Below, in pieces: positions 48,331-61,091 of a stretch of 64,000 nt of DNA. The notes under the pieces are model-generated. The model was not told where the DNA came from and ran no database searches. It worked only from the letters and a program-made list of their open reading frames with translations. Source of the stretch: Dehalococcoidia bacterium. Its GTDB lineage: Bacteria; Chloroflexota; Dehalococcoidia; Lucifugimonadales; UBA2985. Within the stretch, counting starts at the first letter, position 1; each line of letters begins with the position of its first letter. The translations under genes were made by a program, and so were the position numbers. The DNA is taken from contig OZ244716.1 of NCBI GenBank assembly GCA_965219025.1, positions 102,726 to 166,725 on the forward strand. Reading direction: 5' to 3'.

Positions 48331-48765
48331 CCCTCTGTCATTTCGAGCGAAGCGCAGCGTAGTCGAGAAATCTAGGACCATTCGCCTGCGTATGCCCTAG
48401 CCCAGCGAAGCCGCCCTCCTCCCCCTCTGTCATTTCGAGCGAAGCGCAGCGTAGTCGAGAAATCTAAGGCCACTCGCCTGCGTATGCCCTAGCCCAGCGA
48501 AGCCGCCCTCCTCCCCCCCTGTCATTTCGAGCGAAGTGTCGCGTAGCCGAGAAATCCAAGGCCACTCGCCTGCGTATGCCCTAGCCCAGCGAAGCCGCCC
48601 TCCTCCCCCTCTGTCATTTCGAGCGAAGCGCAGCGTAGTCGAGAAATCTAGGACCATTCGCCTGCGTATGCCCTTGCCCAGCGAAGCCGCCCTCCTCCCC
48701 CTCTGTCATTTCGAGCGAAGTGTAGCGTAGTCGAGAAATCTAAGGCCACTCGCCTACGTATTGCC
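48331..48765 (+). repeat. Tandem array of five 92-bp REP-like units
   Basis: TGTCATTTCGAGCGAAG starts at 48336, 48428, 48520, 48612 and 48704; intervening sequence nearly identical. Confidence 0.93.
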
Positions 48766-48898
48766 TTCGCTAACCAAGCTGCGTGCTCCCGGGCATTGAC
48801 GCGCCACCAATAGAGTGACGCTTGAGATTCCACGGCCCCGCTCTAAAACCAGTGGTGGTGAGCCGCATGCCACAGGCGCGGCAACCGCCGCCCCTCGA

Positions 48899-49576
48899 TC
48901 AACTCCGATCGCGGTTCTTATTCAGAAACAGCAGGCCCTTGCGGGTGTCACTGGCCACTCGTTCGCCTTCGCCCGTGATGAGCCTGTGCTTGAAGAGCCA
49001 GTAGGTGAACTCCTTGGCTTCCGTGGCCGTCACCGAGGCCGACTCCCCGTACCCGCGCTCCCCGCGGAACCTCCGGTGCAGCTCCTCCCTGCCCTCCCCG
49101 TACACGCGCCGGAAGGCCCGCTCCGCCGCCTCCCGCCTCGCCCGAGTGCCGCGGATCGGCAGGCGTTTCTGCTCCTCCTCCTCCGCGCTGCGCATGACCG
49201 CCTGCTCCACCACCACGCCGTACCAGTAGTTCAGGTATGAGCTGTACTTCTCCGGCCCTAGCAGGCCTCTCAGTTCATCCTCGCTGAGCGCGCGAGGGAA
49301 CTCGCCCGAAGAGAGCAGCTGCGACTTCTCCTCCTCCGGCACCAGCCCGTCCACCTCGGCCAGCAGCCGCTCCGCCAGGACCAGCCAGTCGAAAGCTTCC
49401 CCGCCCAGTAGGTAGCGATTGTGCCTGTCGTCGTGGACCTCTTCCGGAATTGTCCACATGGCCATGGACTCCAGAAGCGCTGGCACCCAGTCCCTTCCCT
49501 CTTCAAGGGCGCTCTTGAGATGCTCAATGGCCTCCGGGTTGCTGAGCCCTTCCCGCTCCGCCGTGCTTCCGTCCAT
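48899..49576 (-). CDS. Hypothetical protein, last gene of the prs-secA-polX run
   Basis: 225-aa ORF with host-like codon usage, 12 bp after the polX stop; YLLGGEAFDWL, YLNYWYGV, EFTYWLFK. Confidence 0.85.
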   Translation of the reverse strand: MDGSTAEREGLSNPEAIEHLKSALEEGRDWVPALLESMAMWTIPEEVHDDRHNRYLLGGEAFDWLVLAERLLAEVDGLVPEEEKSQLLSSGEFPRALSEDELRGLLGPEKYSSYLNYWYGVVVEQAVMRSAEEEEQKRLPIRGTRARREAAERAFRRVYGEGREELHRRFRGERGYGESASVTATEAKEFTYWLFKHRLITGEGERVASDTRKGLLFLNKNRDRS

Positions 49577-49588
49577 ACCATCCGCCTC

Positions 49589-51316
49589 TCAGCCCTCGCC
49601 CCTCAGGAATGCCAGGAACGCGGCCGCCGGTCTCGTGTTCAGGATGTCCTCCGGCCGGCACCAGCCGCGGCGCGCCACGGCCACACCGAAACGCATGTTG
49701 TCCATGTGCTCGGTGGCGTGCGAGTCCGTGTTGATTACCAGCGGAGCACCCAGCTCCCTCGCACGCAGCACGTGCGTGTCCTTCAGGTCCAGCCGCTCCG
49801 GCGAAGCGTTGATCTCCAGCGCCGTCCCCGTTTCTGCCGCCGCCCGGAATACCGCCTCCACGTCAACGTCGATCGGCTCGCGCTCGCCCAGCAGCCGTGT
49901 GGTGAGGTGTCCGATGACGTTCACGTGCGGATTGCGAATCGCCCGCACGATGCGTGCCGTCATGGTATCCCGGTCCTGCCCCATCGCCGAGTGCACGGAC
50001 GCCACCACGACGTCCAGCATCGCGAGAATATCGTCAGGGTAGTCCATCGAGCCGTCCGCACGGATGTCGACCTCAGAGCCGGTCAGTACGCGAATGTCCG
50101 GGAGCTGTGCATCCAGCGCGCACACGTTGCCAATGTGGCGCATCAGGCGCTCCTCGTTCAGGCCGTTGGCAATGCCGCGGCCCACCGAGTGGTCGGTGAA
50201 GGCCACGTACTCAAGTCCACGGCTGCGCGCCGCTTCCACCATCACGGACAGCGGGTCGCGGCCGTCGCTCTCGTTTGTGTGGCAGTGTAGGTCGCCTCGA
50301 ATGTCGCCGATCTCGACGAGCGCGGGCAGAGCGCCGTGGGCCGCCGCCTCCACCTCCCACAGCCCCTCTCGAAGCTCAGGCGGTACGTACTGGAGGCCGA
50401 GACGTACGTAGAAGTCGACCTCGTCCGCGAACTTCTCCACCTGCCCCGTACTCATGTCCGTTATTCCGTACTCGTTCAGAGAAAGTCCCATCCGGTTCGC
50501 CAGCTCCCTGAGCCGTATGTTGTGCTGCTGGCTGCCGGAGAAGTACTGGATCAGGGCGCCATAGCTCTCCCCTTCCACCATTCGCAGGTCCACCTGCAGG
50601 CCGCCATGCAGCACGGCACTGCCCTTTGTGGGACCGTGCGCGAGCACCTCATCGACCACGGGGAGCTGCACGAATGCGTCTATGACGGCTGCCGGATCGT
50701 CCGCGGTCCCCATGATGTCCACGTCGCCGATGGTCTCACGCCACCGCCTCAGGCTGCCCGCCGCGTCGATACGATGCAGCCCCGGACACGCCTCGCGCAG
50801 GGCGGCGATTATCTGGTCAGCGGCGCTCATCGCGCGGCCTATAGGTATGCGCTGGTCCTTGGTGCGCTGCGAGCGGATGTGCCTCAGGATGTTCTCAGCC
50901 GTCTTCGCACCGAGGCGCGGCATGGCGGACAGCCGTCCCTCCACGATCGCCTGCTCCAGCTCCTCCACGCTTGAGACGCCCATCTCCATTGTGATGCGCA
51001 GCGCGGTCTTGGGCCCGATGCCGGGAACGTCCATCAGGGCAAGAATTCCGTCCGGGAACTCCGCCCTCAGTCCCTCCATGTACTCCAGGCGGCCCGTGGT
51101 AACCAGCTCACTGATCTTGGCTGAAATGGCCTCACCTATGCCGGGAATCTGCCGGAGGTCGCTCTCCTCCTTCACCAGCTGGGACAGCTCAGTGGGCAGG
51201 TGCTCGATGGTACGGGCGGCGCGCTGGTAGGCGCGTATGGTAAACGTGGACTCCTCCTTCAGCGAGAGCAGCCCTGCGATCTTCTCGAAGATTCCGGCAA
51301 TCTGGGCGTTGTTCAT
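49589..51316 (-). CDS. polX: DNA polymerase X / PHP exonuclease
   Basis: IPGIGEAI and VPGIGPKT HhH motifs, AGSLRRWRETIGDVD, QVDLR, GDLHCHT, TDHS, NTDSH. Confidence 0.96.
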   Translation of the reverse strand: MNNAQIAGIFEKIAGLLSLKEESTFTIRAYQRAARTIEHLPTELSQLVKEESDLRQIPGIGEAISAKISELVTTGRLEYMEGLRAEFPDGILALMDVPGIGPKTALRITMEMGVSSVEELEQAIVEGRLSAMPRLGAKTAENILRHIRSQRTKDQRIPIGRAMSAADQIIAALREACPGLHRIDAAGSLRRWRETIGDVDIMGTADDPAAVIDAFVQLPVVDEVLAHGPTKGSAVLHGGLQVDLRMVEGESYGALIQYFSGSQQHNIRLRELANRMGLSLNEYGITDMSTGQVEKFADEVDFYVRLGLQYVPPELREGLWEVEAAAHGALPALVEIGDIRGDLHCHTNESDGRDPLSVMVEAARSRGLEYVAFTDHSVGRGIANGLNEERLMRHIGNVCALDAQLPDIRVLTGSEVDIRADGSMDYPDDILAMLDVVVASVHSAMGQDRDTMTARIVRAIRNPHVNVIGHLTTRLLGEREPIDVDVEAVFRAAAETGTALEINASPERLDLKDTHVLRARELGAPLVINTDSHATEHMDNMRFGVAVARRGWCRPEDILNTRPAAAFLAFLRGEG

Positions 51317-51392
51317 GCTCGCAGTGTCCTCAGACGTCCAGTCCGCCTTCGCGGGGAGCGCCGCACACGCGACGGTCTCGCTCCGCGCCCAC

Positions 51393-53990
<2,598 letters not shown>

Positions 53991-54005
53991 GCGTCAGCGC
54001 CCTCC

Positions 54006-54956
54006 CTACTCGAACATTGCTCCGACGGAGAGCCCTTCGTGAATCCTGCGAATTGCCTCGCCGAGCAGCGGCGCGACCGATAGCACGGTGACCTTGCCGT
54101 TGCGCTTCTCGCCGGGCAGCGGCAGGGTGTCGGTGACCACCAACTCTTTGATCGAACTCTGCTCCACTCGGGTCGCGCCGGGGCCGGATAGCACTCCGTG
54201 CGTGCAGCAGGCGTAGACGTCGCCCACGCCGGCCTCCTTGAGAGCGTCCACGGCGTTCATGAGCGAGCCGGCCGTGTCCACCTCGTCGTCGAAGGTGATC
54301 GCGGTCTTGCCCGCCACGTCTCCGATGATGTTGAGGCTCTCGCTGCTGTCGGCGTTGCCCATGCGCCGTTTCTCTATGATCGCCAGGGGGGCGCCCAGCG
54401 TCGCGGCCATGTCCCTGGCCCGCTTGCTGATGCCGATGTCGACGGCCACCACCACCACGTTCTCCAGAGCCTTGTCCGCGAAGTACCGGGACAGAAGGGG
54501 CAGCCCCGTTAGCTCGTCCACTGGGATGTTGAAGAAGCCCTGGATCTGGCCGGCGTGGAGGTCAACGGTGAGGACGCGGTCGGCCCCGGCCACGCTCAGA
54601 AGGTCTGCCACCAGGCGTGCCGTGATGGGCACGCGGGGCTGGTCCTTCTTGTCGGTGCGGCCGTAGGCGTAGTACGGGATCACCGCCGTTATGCGGCCCG
54701 CGGAGGCGCGTTTGGCGGCGTCCAGCATTATGAGCAGCTCCATGATGCGGTCGTTGACGGGATAGGCGAAAGGCTGGATGAGGAAGACGTCTCTCTGCCG
54801 AACGTTCTCTCGAATCTGTACGAAGGTGTTATCGTTGCTGAACTTGAAGACGTTGGATTCCCCGACGGAAATGTTCAGATAGCTACAGACGTCCCCGGCC
54901 AGTTGCTCGTGTGCCGTACCGGCAAAGACCTTCAGTTCGTCATTTCGGCGCTGCAT
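54006..54956 (-). CDS. prs: Ribose-phosphate pyrophosphokinase
   Basis: PYYAYGRTDKK, DLHAGQIQGFF, DDEVDTAGS, THGVLSG. Confidence 0.97.
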   Translation of the reverse strand: MQRRNDELKVFAGTAHEQLAGDVCSYLNISVGESNVFKFSNDNTFVQIRENVRQRDVFLIQPFAYPVNDRIMELLIMLDAAKRASAGRITAVIPYYAYGRTDKKDQPRVPITARLVADLLSVAGADRVLTVDLHAGQIQGFFNIPVDELTGLPLLSRYFADKALENVVVVAVDIGISKRARDMAATLGAPLAIIEKRRMGNADSSESLNIIGDVAGKTAITFDDEVDTAGSLMNAVDALKEAGVGDVYACCTHGVLSGPGATRVEQSSIKELVVTDTLPLPGEKRNGKVTVLSVAPLLGEAIRRIHEGLSVGAMFE

Positions 54957-55137
54957 GGTCTATTCTCACCCCCGTCGTGCTGATGTGGCCCCCCGGAGGG
55001 GCGAAACCCAACATCCGCAACCTCAACTGTAAGATTATAGCATAGCGACCCTGGTCGCGCGCCCAGCCGCCCGCGCGCCGGCGGCGCCGCCCACCTCGGA
55101 CGGCGCCGCCTGGCCAATGGTCGAATTGCACGTCTCG

Positions 55138-57825
55138 CTACACGACGCCGCTCTCGGCCAGCACGGCCATCTCCGCGCGGCTGAGACCAAGCTCCCCGCT
55201 CAGAATCTCCTCGTTGTGCTCGCCGATGAGCGGAGCGCGCCGGGAGATACGCCACGGCGAGCCGTTGAATATGCCCGCGGGTCCGGGGTGGCGGAGCGTC
55301 GCGCCTACCTCCGGGTAGGAAACCTCCGCCCAGAAGCCCCTGTCCTCCAGGTGGGGGTCTTCCATGACCTCGTCCGGGGAGCGCACGGCGCCGCAGTTGA
55401 TGCCCATCTTCTGCATGCGGTGATAAGCCTCATCCCGCGAGACACTGGCCAGGAATCGGGCCACGATGCCTGCGATGTGGGGCCGGTTCTCGTTGAAGAC
55501 GGCCGGGTCCTTGTACTTCTCGTCGAGCAGGTCCTCGGCAAGGCCGAGCTCGTCCATCCACTCCGCGAGGGCAGGCAGCCTGGCCGCCGTGACCCTGTTG
55601 CCGACGCCGCCGTTTAGGTAGTTCCCGTCGCCGCACAGCATCTGCGTGGGGTCCGTTCGAGTTGCGGACGCGTGACGCCCCGTCTGGCGCTGCACGACCT
55701 GCCCGCGGTAGATCCAGTTGTTGACGTGGGACTCGGTTGTGAGGGCGCAGGCCTCGTGCACGGAGGCGTCAACGTGCTGACCGCGGCCGGTCCTGGAGCG
55801 GTAGATTAGCGCCGCGACCGTGCCGATGTACGCGAAGTGGCTGCCCATGTGCCACGCCTGTCCCCCTCCGCCGGCAATCGGGGGTGCGTCCGGCACGTCG
55901 ATCTCCTCGTAGCCGCAGCCCGCCATCTGACCGCCGGCCGCAAGGTGCAGCAGGTCCCTGCCCACGTAGTCCTTCCACGGGCCCGTCTGGCCGAACGAGG
56001 TCAGCGAGCACACGATCAGGCCGGGGTTGCTCTCCTTCAGGTCGTCGTACCCCAGTCCGAGCGAGGCCATGTAGCCGGGGTTGAACGTCTCCAGTATCAC
56101 GTCCGCGCCCTCCGCCAGCTTGCGGAACAGGCGCCGCCCGTCCTCCGTCTCTATGTCCAGCGTGATGCCGCGCTTGGACGTGTTGTAGTGCCAGAAGTAG
56201 AGGCTCCGCTCACGGTTCGGCATGTCCCCGTAGAAGGGCCCAACGGTGCGTGTGGACTGGCCTCCGGGAGGCTCGATCTTCACGACGTCGGCGCCGAGGT
56301 CGCCCATGAGCTTGCCGAGCCACTGCCCCTTCTCGTCCGTCAGCTCCAGCACGCGCAGGCCGCCGAACGCTCCGGCCGTCTCCGCGTCCGGCGTGCGGAC
56401 CGGAGCGGGTGGAGAGAGCGGGCCCTTGGGCTCGCCCGTCCACTCCGCGGGCGTCCCGTCGTCGATCATCTCCTGGAGATAGGTGTACTCCGAGCGGTCG
56501 TAGTCCCTGGGCCAGAAGGTGCCGTCCTCGAAGCCGTCCACCAGCTCCTCGTGGCTTATGCCCAGCAGGCCCTCGAACACGTCCTTATTGTGCTGGCCGA
56601 CCAGCGGCCCCGCCTGGTGGTTGTACGCAGGCGTCTCCGACAACTTGAAGGGCGAATTTTGCAGCGGCCACGTGCCCAGCGCCGGATGCTCAACGGGTCG
56701 GTACATCTCCCGCTCCTGAAGCTGCGGGTCGTTCTCGAAGCGGTCCTGGCTGCTCTGCACCGGCATGCAGGGCACGCCGGCCCTCTGGCACCGCTCCATG
56801 ACATCGTACTTGCCCAGCGTCGACGTCCACGCCTCGATGCCGGCGTCCAACTCCTCCTGGTTTGCCAGCCTGCCCGCCACCGTGTCGAACTTCGAGTCCT
56901 TGGCCCACGGCGGCGATCCAATCACCTCCACCAAGCTCCGCCACTCGCGGTCGGTCATGCACACGATGGCGCACCAGTCGTTGTAGCCGCCGGGGCTCGT
57001 GCGATAGGCGTTGTGGGGCGCAACGGTGCGCTCCCGGTAGGCGTTGGTGAGAGGAGTCCCGGGCCAGTGGGCGCGGTTTCCGGGGGGATAGCCCTCGCGG
57101 ATGGTTGGGCGGTTGTTGGCCTGAATGTCCAGGAACGCCGCCCCGTTCAGGGCGACGCCGGTGATCCACTGCGACTGGTCAACGTGCTGGCCCTCGCCCG
57201 TCACGTTGCGGTGGTAGATTGCGCTGAGGGCATACATGGCGCCGTACATGCCGCCGGTGTCGTCCATGTATGACCAGCCCCAGCCCGCGGGCTGCTGGCC
57301 CGGCAGGCCGGAGGTGTACGTCAGGCCGGACAACGCCTGCGCGATCGGCCCCATCGTTTGGTAGTCGCGGTCGCGGCCGGTGTGCCCGAAGCCGGACATG
57401 GACAGGTAGATGATGTCGGGCCGCAGCTTCTTCATCTCCTCGTAGCCGATGCCCCACCGGTCCAGGACTCCGTACGCGAAGTTCTCTATCACAATGTCGG
57501 ACACGGATACGAGCCTCTTGACCAGGTCCTGGCCCCGGGGTGTGCGTGTGTTGAGGGTTACGCTGAGCTTGTTGGAATTGGTGTCGCTGAAGTGGCCGTT
57601 TGTGTTCAGGTTGGCGGGCAGCCCGGCCGGAGTGCCTGCGCCAGTGCCAATGTTCTCGCCGCGGGTGTTGGGGCTCTGGGGCCACTCCACCTTGATGACC
57701 TCCGCGCCAAGGGCGCCCAGCCACCGGTTGCACCACGGGCCCGCCCTGACCCAGGTGAAGTCAAGGACGCGGACGCCGTCCAGGGCTCTGGGAGTAGTTG
57801 CGACCGCTGCTTCCGTCTGCACCAT
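55138..57825 (-). CDS. Double-domain class III CoA-transferase
   Basis: Close paralog of 12317-15001 (shared GHTGRDRDYQTMGPIAQALSG, WSYMDDTGG); SD AGGAGGTGG. Confidence 0.93.
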   Translation of the reverse strand: MVQTEAAVATTPRALDGVRVLDFTWVRAGPWCNRWLGALGAEVIKVEWPQSPNTRGENIGTGAGTPAGLPANLNTNGHFSDTNSNKLSVTLNTRTPRGQDLVKRLVSVSDIVIENFAYGVLDRWGIGYEEMKKLRPDIIYLSMSGFGHTGRDRDYQTMGPIAQALSGLTYTSGLPGQQPAGWGWSYMDDTGGMYGAMYALSAIYHRNVTGEGQHVDQSQWITGVALNGAAFLDIQANNRPTIREGYPPGNRAHWPGTPLTNAYRERTVAPHNAYRTSPGGYNDWCAIVCMTDREWRSLVEVIGSPPWAKDSKFDTVAGRLANQEELDAGIEAWTSTLGKYDVMERCQRAGVPCMPVQSSQDRFENDPQLQEREMYRPVEHPALGTWPLQNSPFKLSETPAYNHQAGPLVGQHNKDVFEGLLGISHEELVDGFEDGTFWPRDYDRSEYTYLQEMIDDGTPAEWTGEPKGPLSPPAPVRTPDAETAGAFGGLRVLELTDEKGQWLGKLMGDLGADVVKIEPPGGQSTRTVGPFYGDMPNRERSLYFWHYNTSKRGITLDIETEDGRRLFRKLAEGADVILETFNPGYMASLGLGYDDLKESNPGLIVCSLTSFGQTGPWKDYVGRDLLHLAAGGQMAGCGYEEIDVPDAPPIAGGGGQAWHMGSHFAYIGTVAALIYRSRTGRGQHVDASVHEACALTTESHVNNWIYRGQVVQRQTGRHASATRTDPTQMLCGDGNYLNGGVGNRVTAARLPALAEWMDELGLAEDLLDEKYKDPAVFNENRPHIAGIVARFLASVSRDEAYHRMQKMGINCGAVRSPDEVMEDPHLEDRGFWAEVSYPEVGATLRHPGPAGIFNGSPWRISRRAPLIGEHNEEILSGELGLSRAEMAVLAESGVV

Positions 57826-58011
57826 GCTGCCACCTCCTGAGCTGATGCCGTCACGACGCGAACCGCCGTCGGGAGCGGATACCGCAGAATAGCACCGGCG
57901 TCCGCGGGGTGTCAACGCGCCGGCGCCAAGCTCCCAGGCCAGCCGGCCATGCTACAATGCGGTTCGTCCCGCGCACTGCAGCAGCGCGGCAACACAACTC
58001 AGGAGGTCGAA

Positions 58012-58374
58012 ATGCCCAATCCGGTGGTGCACTGGGAGATAACGGCAAGGGATGCGAAGAAGACTCAGGAGTTCTACGCGAGCCTATTTGGCTGGCACGT
58101 GGACAGCAGCAACCCCGTAGGCTACGGCTTCGTGGACACCCACTCGGAGTCAGGCATCAACGGGGGAATCCCCCAGGCGGGAGAGGGGGACCAGGCGCGC
58201 GTCATCCTGTACGTGGAGGTGGACGATCTCCAGGCGTACCTTGACCGGGCGGAGGAGCTCGGCGGCAGGACGCTGATGCCTCCAACCGAGATACCGGGGA
58301 TAGTGACGATCGCGCTCTTCGCAGACCCCGAGGGAAACACGACCGGGCTGGTCAAGTCGGATCAGCCGTCCTAG
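58012..58374 (+). CDS. VOC/glyoxalase family protein
   Basis: MPNPVVHWEI, FYASLFGW, GINGGI, FADPEGN; SD AGGAGG; TGCTACAAT upstream. Confidence 0.94.
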   Translation: MPNPVVHWEITARDAKKTQEFYASLFGWHVDSSNPVGYGFVDTHSESGINGGIPQAGEGDQARVILYVEVDDLQAYLDRAEELGGRTLMPPTEIPGIVTIALFADPEGNTTGLVKSDQPS

Positions 58375-58404
58375 GCGACTGATCTCCGCCTACGGAGCCG
58401 GGCT

Positions 58405-59229
58405 CTACGCCCCCACCCTGACACCGCCCTCGCAAATGCCGCGCAGAGTCTCGATGGCCGAGAGCACGGCCAGGTGGCTGGTCATTGGGTTGTCCGGGTG
58501 GGGCACATTCTCCATCGTGAACCGCAGGATGCCGCTTCTCCCGGCGGCGTAGACTTCGTGGATGTTGCCCCCGGCCTCCGGGTCGGCGATGATCCGCACG
58601 CGGGTGCGCTCCGGACCCAGGCCCGCCAGGCTGAGTGTGGCGGCCACGTTGATGTTGAACGGAAAGCGAGCCACGGCCTCCCTTGCGCTCCCCTCGAATA
58701 CCACGGTGGCGGAGGTGATGGCGCCCATGTCGGAGCCGGAGGCGGAGTCGACGAGGCTGGCCGGGGGCTTTCGCGTGGTTAGCACCACTTCCTCCAGCTC
58801 GTGCCTTGACGCCCTGATGGCGTCCACGCCGCCCAGCGCGCCCGAAGGCGCGTAAACGCGGCAGCCGCTTTCGGCCGACGCGGCCTCCAGACGTGAGTAC
58901 AGGTCTCCGTCCAGCAGGGCGCCCGTGCTCATGACCATTAGGTCCCTGCCGCTTGCGAGGACGGCTCCTGCATTGCGGCGAACGGCCTCCTGCGAGGCGG
59001 CCTCCACCACGAGGGTCATGCCGGGGGCGGCAAGGAACCCCTCGACGGTGTCAGTTGCGGCGGGTTGCGAGGACAAACGCCCCGCGAGGCTCGTGAGTCT
59101 GCCCGAGTCCTGGTCAAAGAGCGCGATAACCCTGGCGCGGCGGATGGCTCCCCCGTCGACGGCGAGCGCCAGTCCCCGCCCGATTGCCCCGCAGCCCAGA
59201 ATGCCTATACCCTGCTCCGCTGAGTTCAT
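58405..59229 (-). CDS. nadX: L-aspartate dehydrogenase
   Basis: GILGCGAIG, VVEAASQ, PSGALGGVD, RKPP, FPFNINVAA, NIHE, PDNPMTS. Confidence 0.92.
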   Translation of the reverse strand: MNSAEQGIGILGCGAIGRGLALAVDGGAIRRARVIALFDQDSGRLTSLAGRLSSQPAATDTVEGFLAAPGMTLVVEAASQEAVRRNAGAVLASGRDLMVMSTGALLDGDLYSRLEAASAESGCRVYAPSGALGGVDAIRASRHELEEVVLTTRKPPASLVDSASGSDMGAITSATVVFEGSAREAVARFPFNINVAATLSLAGLGPERTRVRIIADPEAGGNIHEVYAAGRSGILRFTMENVPHPDNPMTSHLAVLSAIETLRGICEGGVRVGA

Positions 59230-59298
59230 GGCCTGCACATAGTAGCAGGTTGGGGCAGCCCGGTACATAGGCGGCACAGAATGGCCTGGCAGCGCGAC

Positions 59299-59326
59299 TT
59301 GACGGTTACACGCAAGCGTGTAGAAT
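59299..59326 (+). promoter_or_regulatory. Leaderless sigma70-type promoter with perfect palindromic operator
   Basis: TTGACG-16 nt-TAGAAT (extended TG-type context), ATG 6 nt after the -10; TACACGC-AA-GCGTGTA at 59307-59322. Confidence 0.75.
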
Positions 59327-59332
59327 ACTCGC

Positions 59333-59599
59333 ATGGAGTACGGAACAAGAGGCGTCAGAAGGCCGCCCTGGTCCGGCGACGGAGTGCGGGCCCTGAGACG
59401 CCACCTGGGGTTGACCCAGCAGCAGCTCTCCGAGGAGCTGGGCACCAGGCAGCAGACCATCAGCGAGTGGGAAACCGGGATGTACAGCCCCAGGGGGGCC
59501 TCCCGCACGCTGCTCAACATCATCGCTGAGCGCGCCGGCTTCGAATACGGGTCCTCAACACCGGGAGAGCACGCTGCCGCGGAGGGCACGGATGAATAG
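59333..59599 (+). CDS. XRE-family helix-turn-helix regulator
   Basis: VRALRRHLGLTQQQLSEELGTRQQTISEWETGMYSP. Confidence 0.93.
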   Translation: MEYGTRGVRRPPWSGDGVRALRRHLGLTQQQLSEELGTRQQTISEWETGMYSPRGASRTLLNIIAERAGFEYGSSTPGEHAAAEGTDE

Positions 59600-61091
59600 C
59601 GCACCGGTTAGCCCACCGGACCGTCGGGTGGGGCCGGTGACGCGTGAGGCGCCGGTGGGATGCTTCCGGGTTGCAGAACGTTCCCCAACGCCGGGACTGC
59701 GCCGGGCAGCCTCGAAAAACGCGGTATCACGCATGCCTCCTGAGGCGCAGGTTGCCGGATGGTGGCGCTCCGGAGCTCTGGGGCGGATCGTCACCCTGGA
59801 TGGTGCGGACCTCCAGGTGCTCTACCCCGGCCGGCCGGCTCCGGGCTCCGGGCCGGACTTTCGCGACGCGGTTCTGATCACGCCCGGCGGGGAGCTTGTG
59901 CGAGGGGACGTGGAGGTACACCTTCGGCAGAGCGACTGGCAGGGCCACGGCCACCATACGGATACGCGCTACGAGGGCGTGGTGATTCACCTATTCCTCC
60001 GCGGTCAGGCCGCACGGGGAGCCACGGCTTCCGACGCACGGGAGGTCCGGCTGGATGCGCCACCTTCTCTGGGGATGCGGGGGCCCTCGGCCGCCGGAGT
60101 CCACGGCCGCACGGTGGCGGCGCCTCTCCAGAGCCTGTTAGCACTTCCGCGGCTCAGGCTGGAACAGGCGCTGGACGAGGCCGGAGACTGCAGGTTCCTT
60201 CGCAAGGCCTCCGCCATGCTTGCCCGCATGCGGGAGGCGGATCCAAGGGAGGCGCTCTACGCCTCGCTCCTGGAGGCGCTGGGCTACAGCCGCAACCGCG
60301 GCCCCATGCTGCGCCTGGCCCGGGGCCTGACCCTGGGAACGCTCAGGTCGAAGGTCGGAGGCCACGCGAGCCCTTTGTCGCTAGAGGCACTGCTGCTGGG
60401 GGCCGCAGGGCTGCTGCCACACCAGAGGGGCATGCTTCTGCTCACTCCTGAGGGCGCTGCACGCGCTGCGGAGCTGTCGGAGCGCTGGAGAAGGGTCGGA
60501 CTCCGCCCCGTGCTGGGTCCGGGAGACTGGGACCGGACCGGAATCCGGCCTCCAAACAGCCCTCACCGCAGGCTGGCGGCCGCCGGAGTCCTTCTGGCCA
60601 GGTACTGGCGGGATGGGCTTCAGCAGGCCCTGTTCAACCTGTCCGAGGTATGCTCTCCGGCGGAGCTCCGCCGGGAGCTCCAGGTGGAGGGTGACGGGTT
60701 CTGGGCCAGCCAGCTGGACTTCCACCTACCCGCGGGCAGGGCGCCCGCGCTCCTGGGAGAGGGCCGCGCGGGTGAGATACTGGTCAACGTCCTGCTGCCC
60801 CACCTGTACGCCGCCGCACACCTGGCCGGGAACGCTGAGCTCAGGCGGAGGGCACTGCGCCTCTACCGCGGAGCTCCCGCGTGTCCGGACAACGAGGTCA
60901 CTAGGGAGGTCAAGGCGCTCATGGCCGCTTCCAAAGGCGGCTGCCCCGTGGTAAACTCCGCCAGGAGACAGCAGGGTCTGATCCACGTTTACCGGGTTCT
61001 GCAGGGCCGGGCCTCTCCGGTGCCCGCCCGCAGGCTGCGAGACTGGAATGCACAGGACAACGGACGACCATCTGCCGCTGTCGGCGGATGA
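59592..61091 (+). CDS. DUF2851-family protein
   Basis: LYPG...GPDFRDA...GDVEVH..SDWQGHGHHTDTRY..VVIH, LGYSRNRGPM, RPPNSPHRRL, ARRQQGLIH; start overlaps the HTH stop, SD GGAGG (alternative start 59733). Confidence 0.88.
   Translation: MNSAPVSPPDRRVGPVTREAPVGCFRVAERSPTPGLRRAASKNAVSRMPPEAQVAGWWRSGALGRIVTLDGADLQVLYPGRPAPGSGPDFRDAVLITPGGELVRGDVEVHLRQSDWQGHGHHTDTRYEGVVIHLFLRGQAARGATASDAREVRLDAPPSLGMRGPSAAGVHGRTVAAPLQSLLALPRLRLEQALDEAGDCRFLRKASAMLARMREADPREALYASLLEALGYSRNRGPMLRLARGLTLGTLRSKVGGHASPLSLEALLLGAAGLLPHQRGMLLLTPEGAARAAELSERWRRVGLRPVLGPGDWDRTGIRPPNSPHRRLAAAGVLLARYWRDGLQQALFNLSEVCSPAELRRELQVEGDGFWASQLDFHLPAGRAPALLGEGRAGEILVNVLLPHLYAAAHLAGNAELRRRALRLYRGAPACPDNEVTREVKALMAASKGGCPVVNSARRQQGLIHVYRVLQGRASPVPARRLRDWNAQDNGRPSAAVGG

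Noticed and set aside
48331-48765. CRISPR array
   Set aside because: Sequences between the palindromes are near-identical rather than unique spacers, the period is 92 bp, and there are no cas genes in the window.
48430-48833. Short ORFs inside the tandem repeat
   Set aside because: Products of repeat periodicity, with no SD or other coding signal.
59230-59604. N-terminal extension of nadX in the ORF track
   Set aside because: Overlaps the XRE gene and its promoter on the opposite strand; the Rossmann motif starts right after Met 59229.
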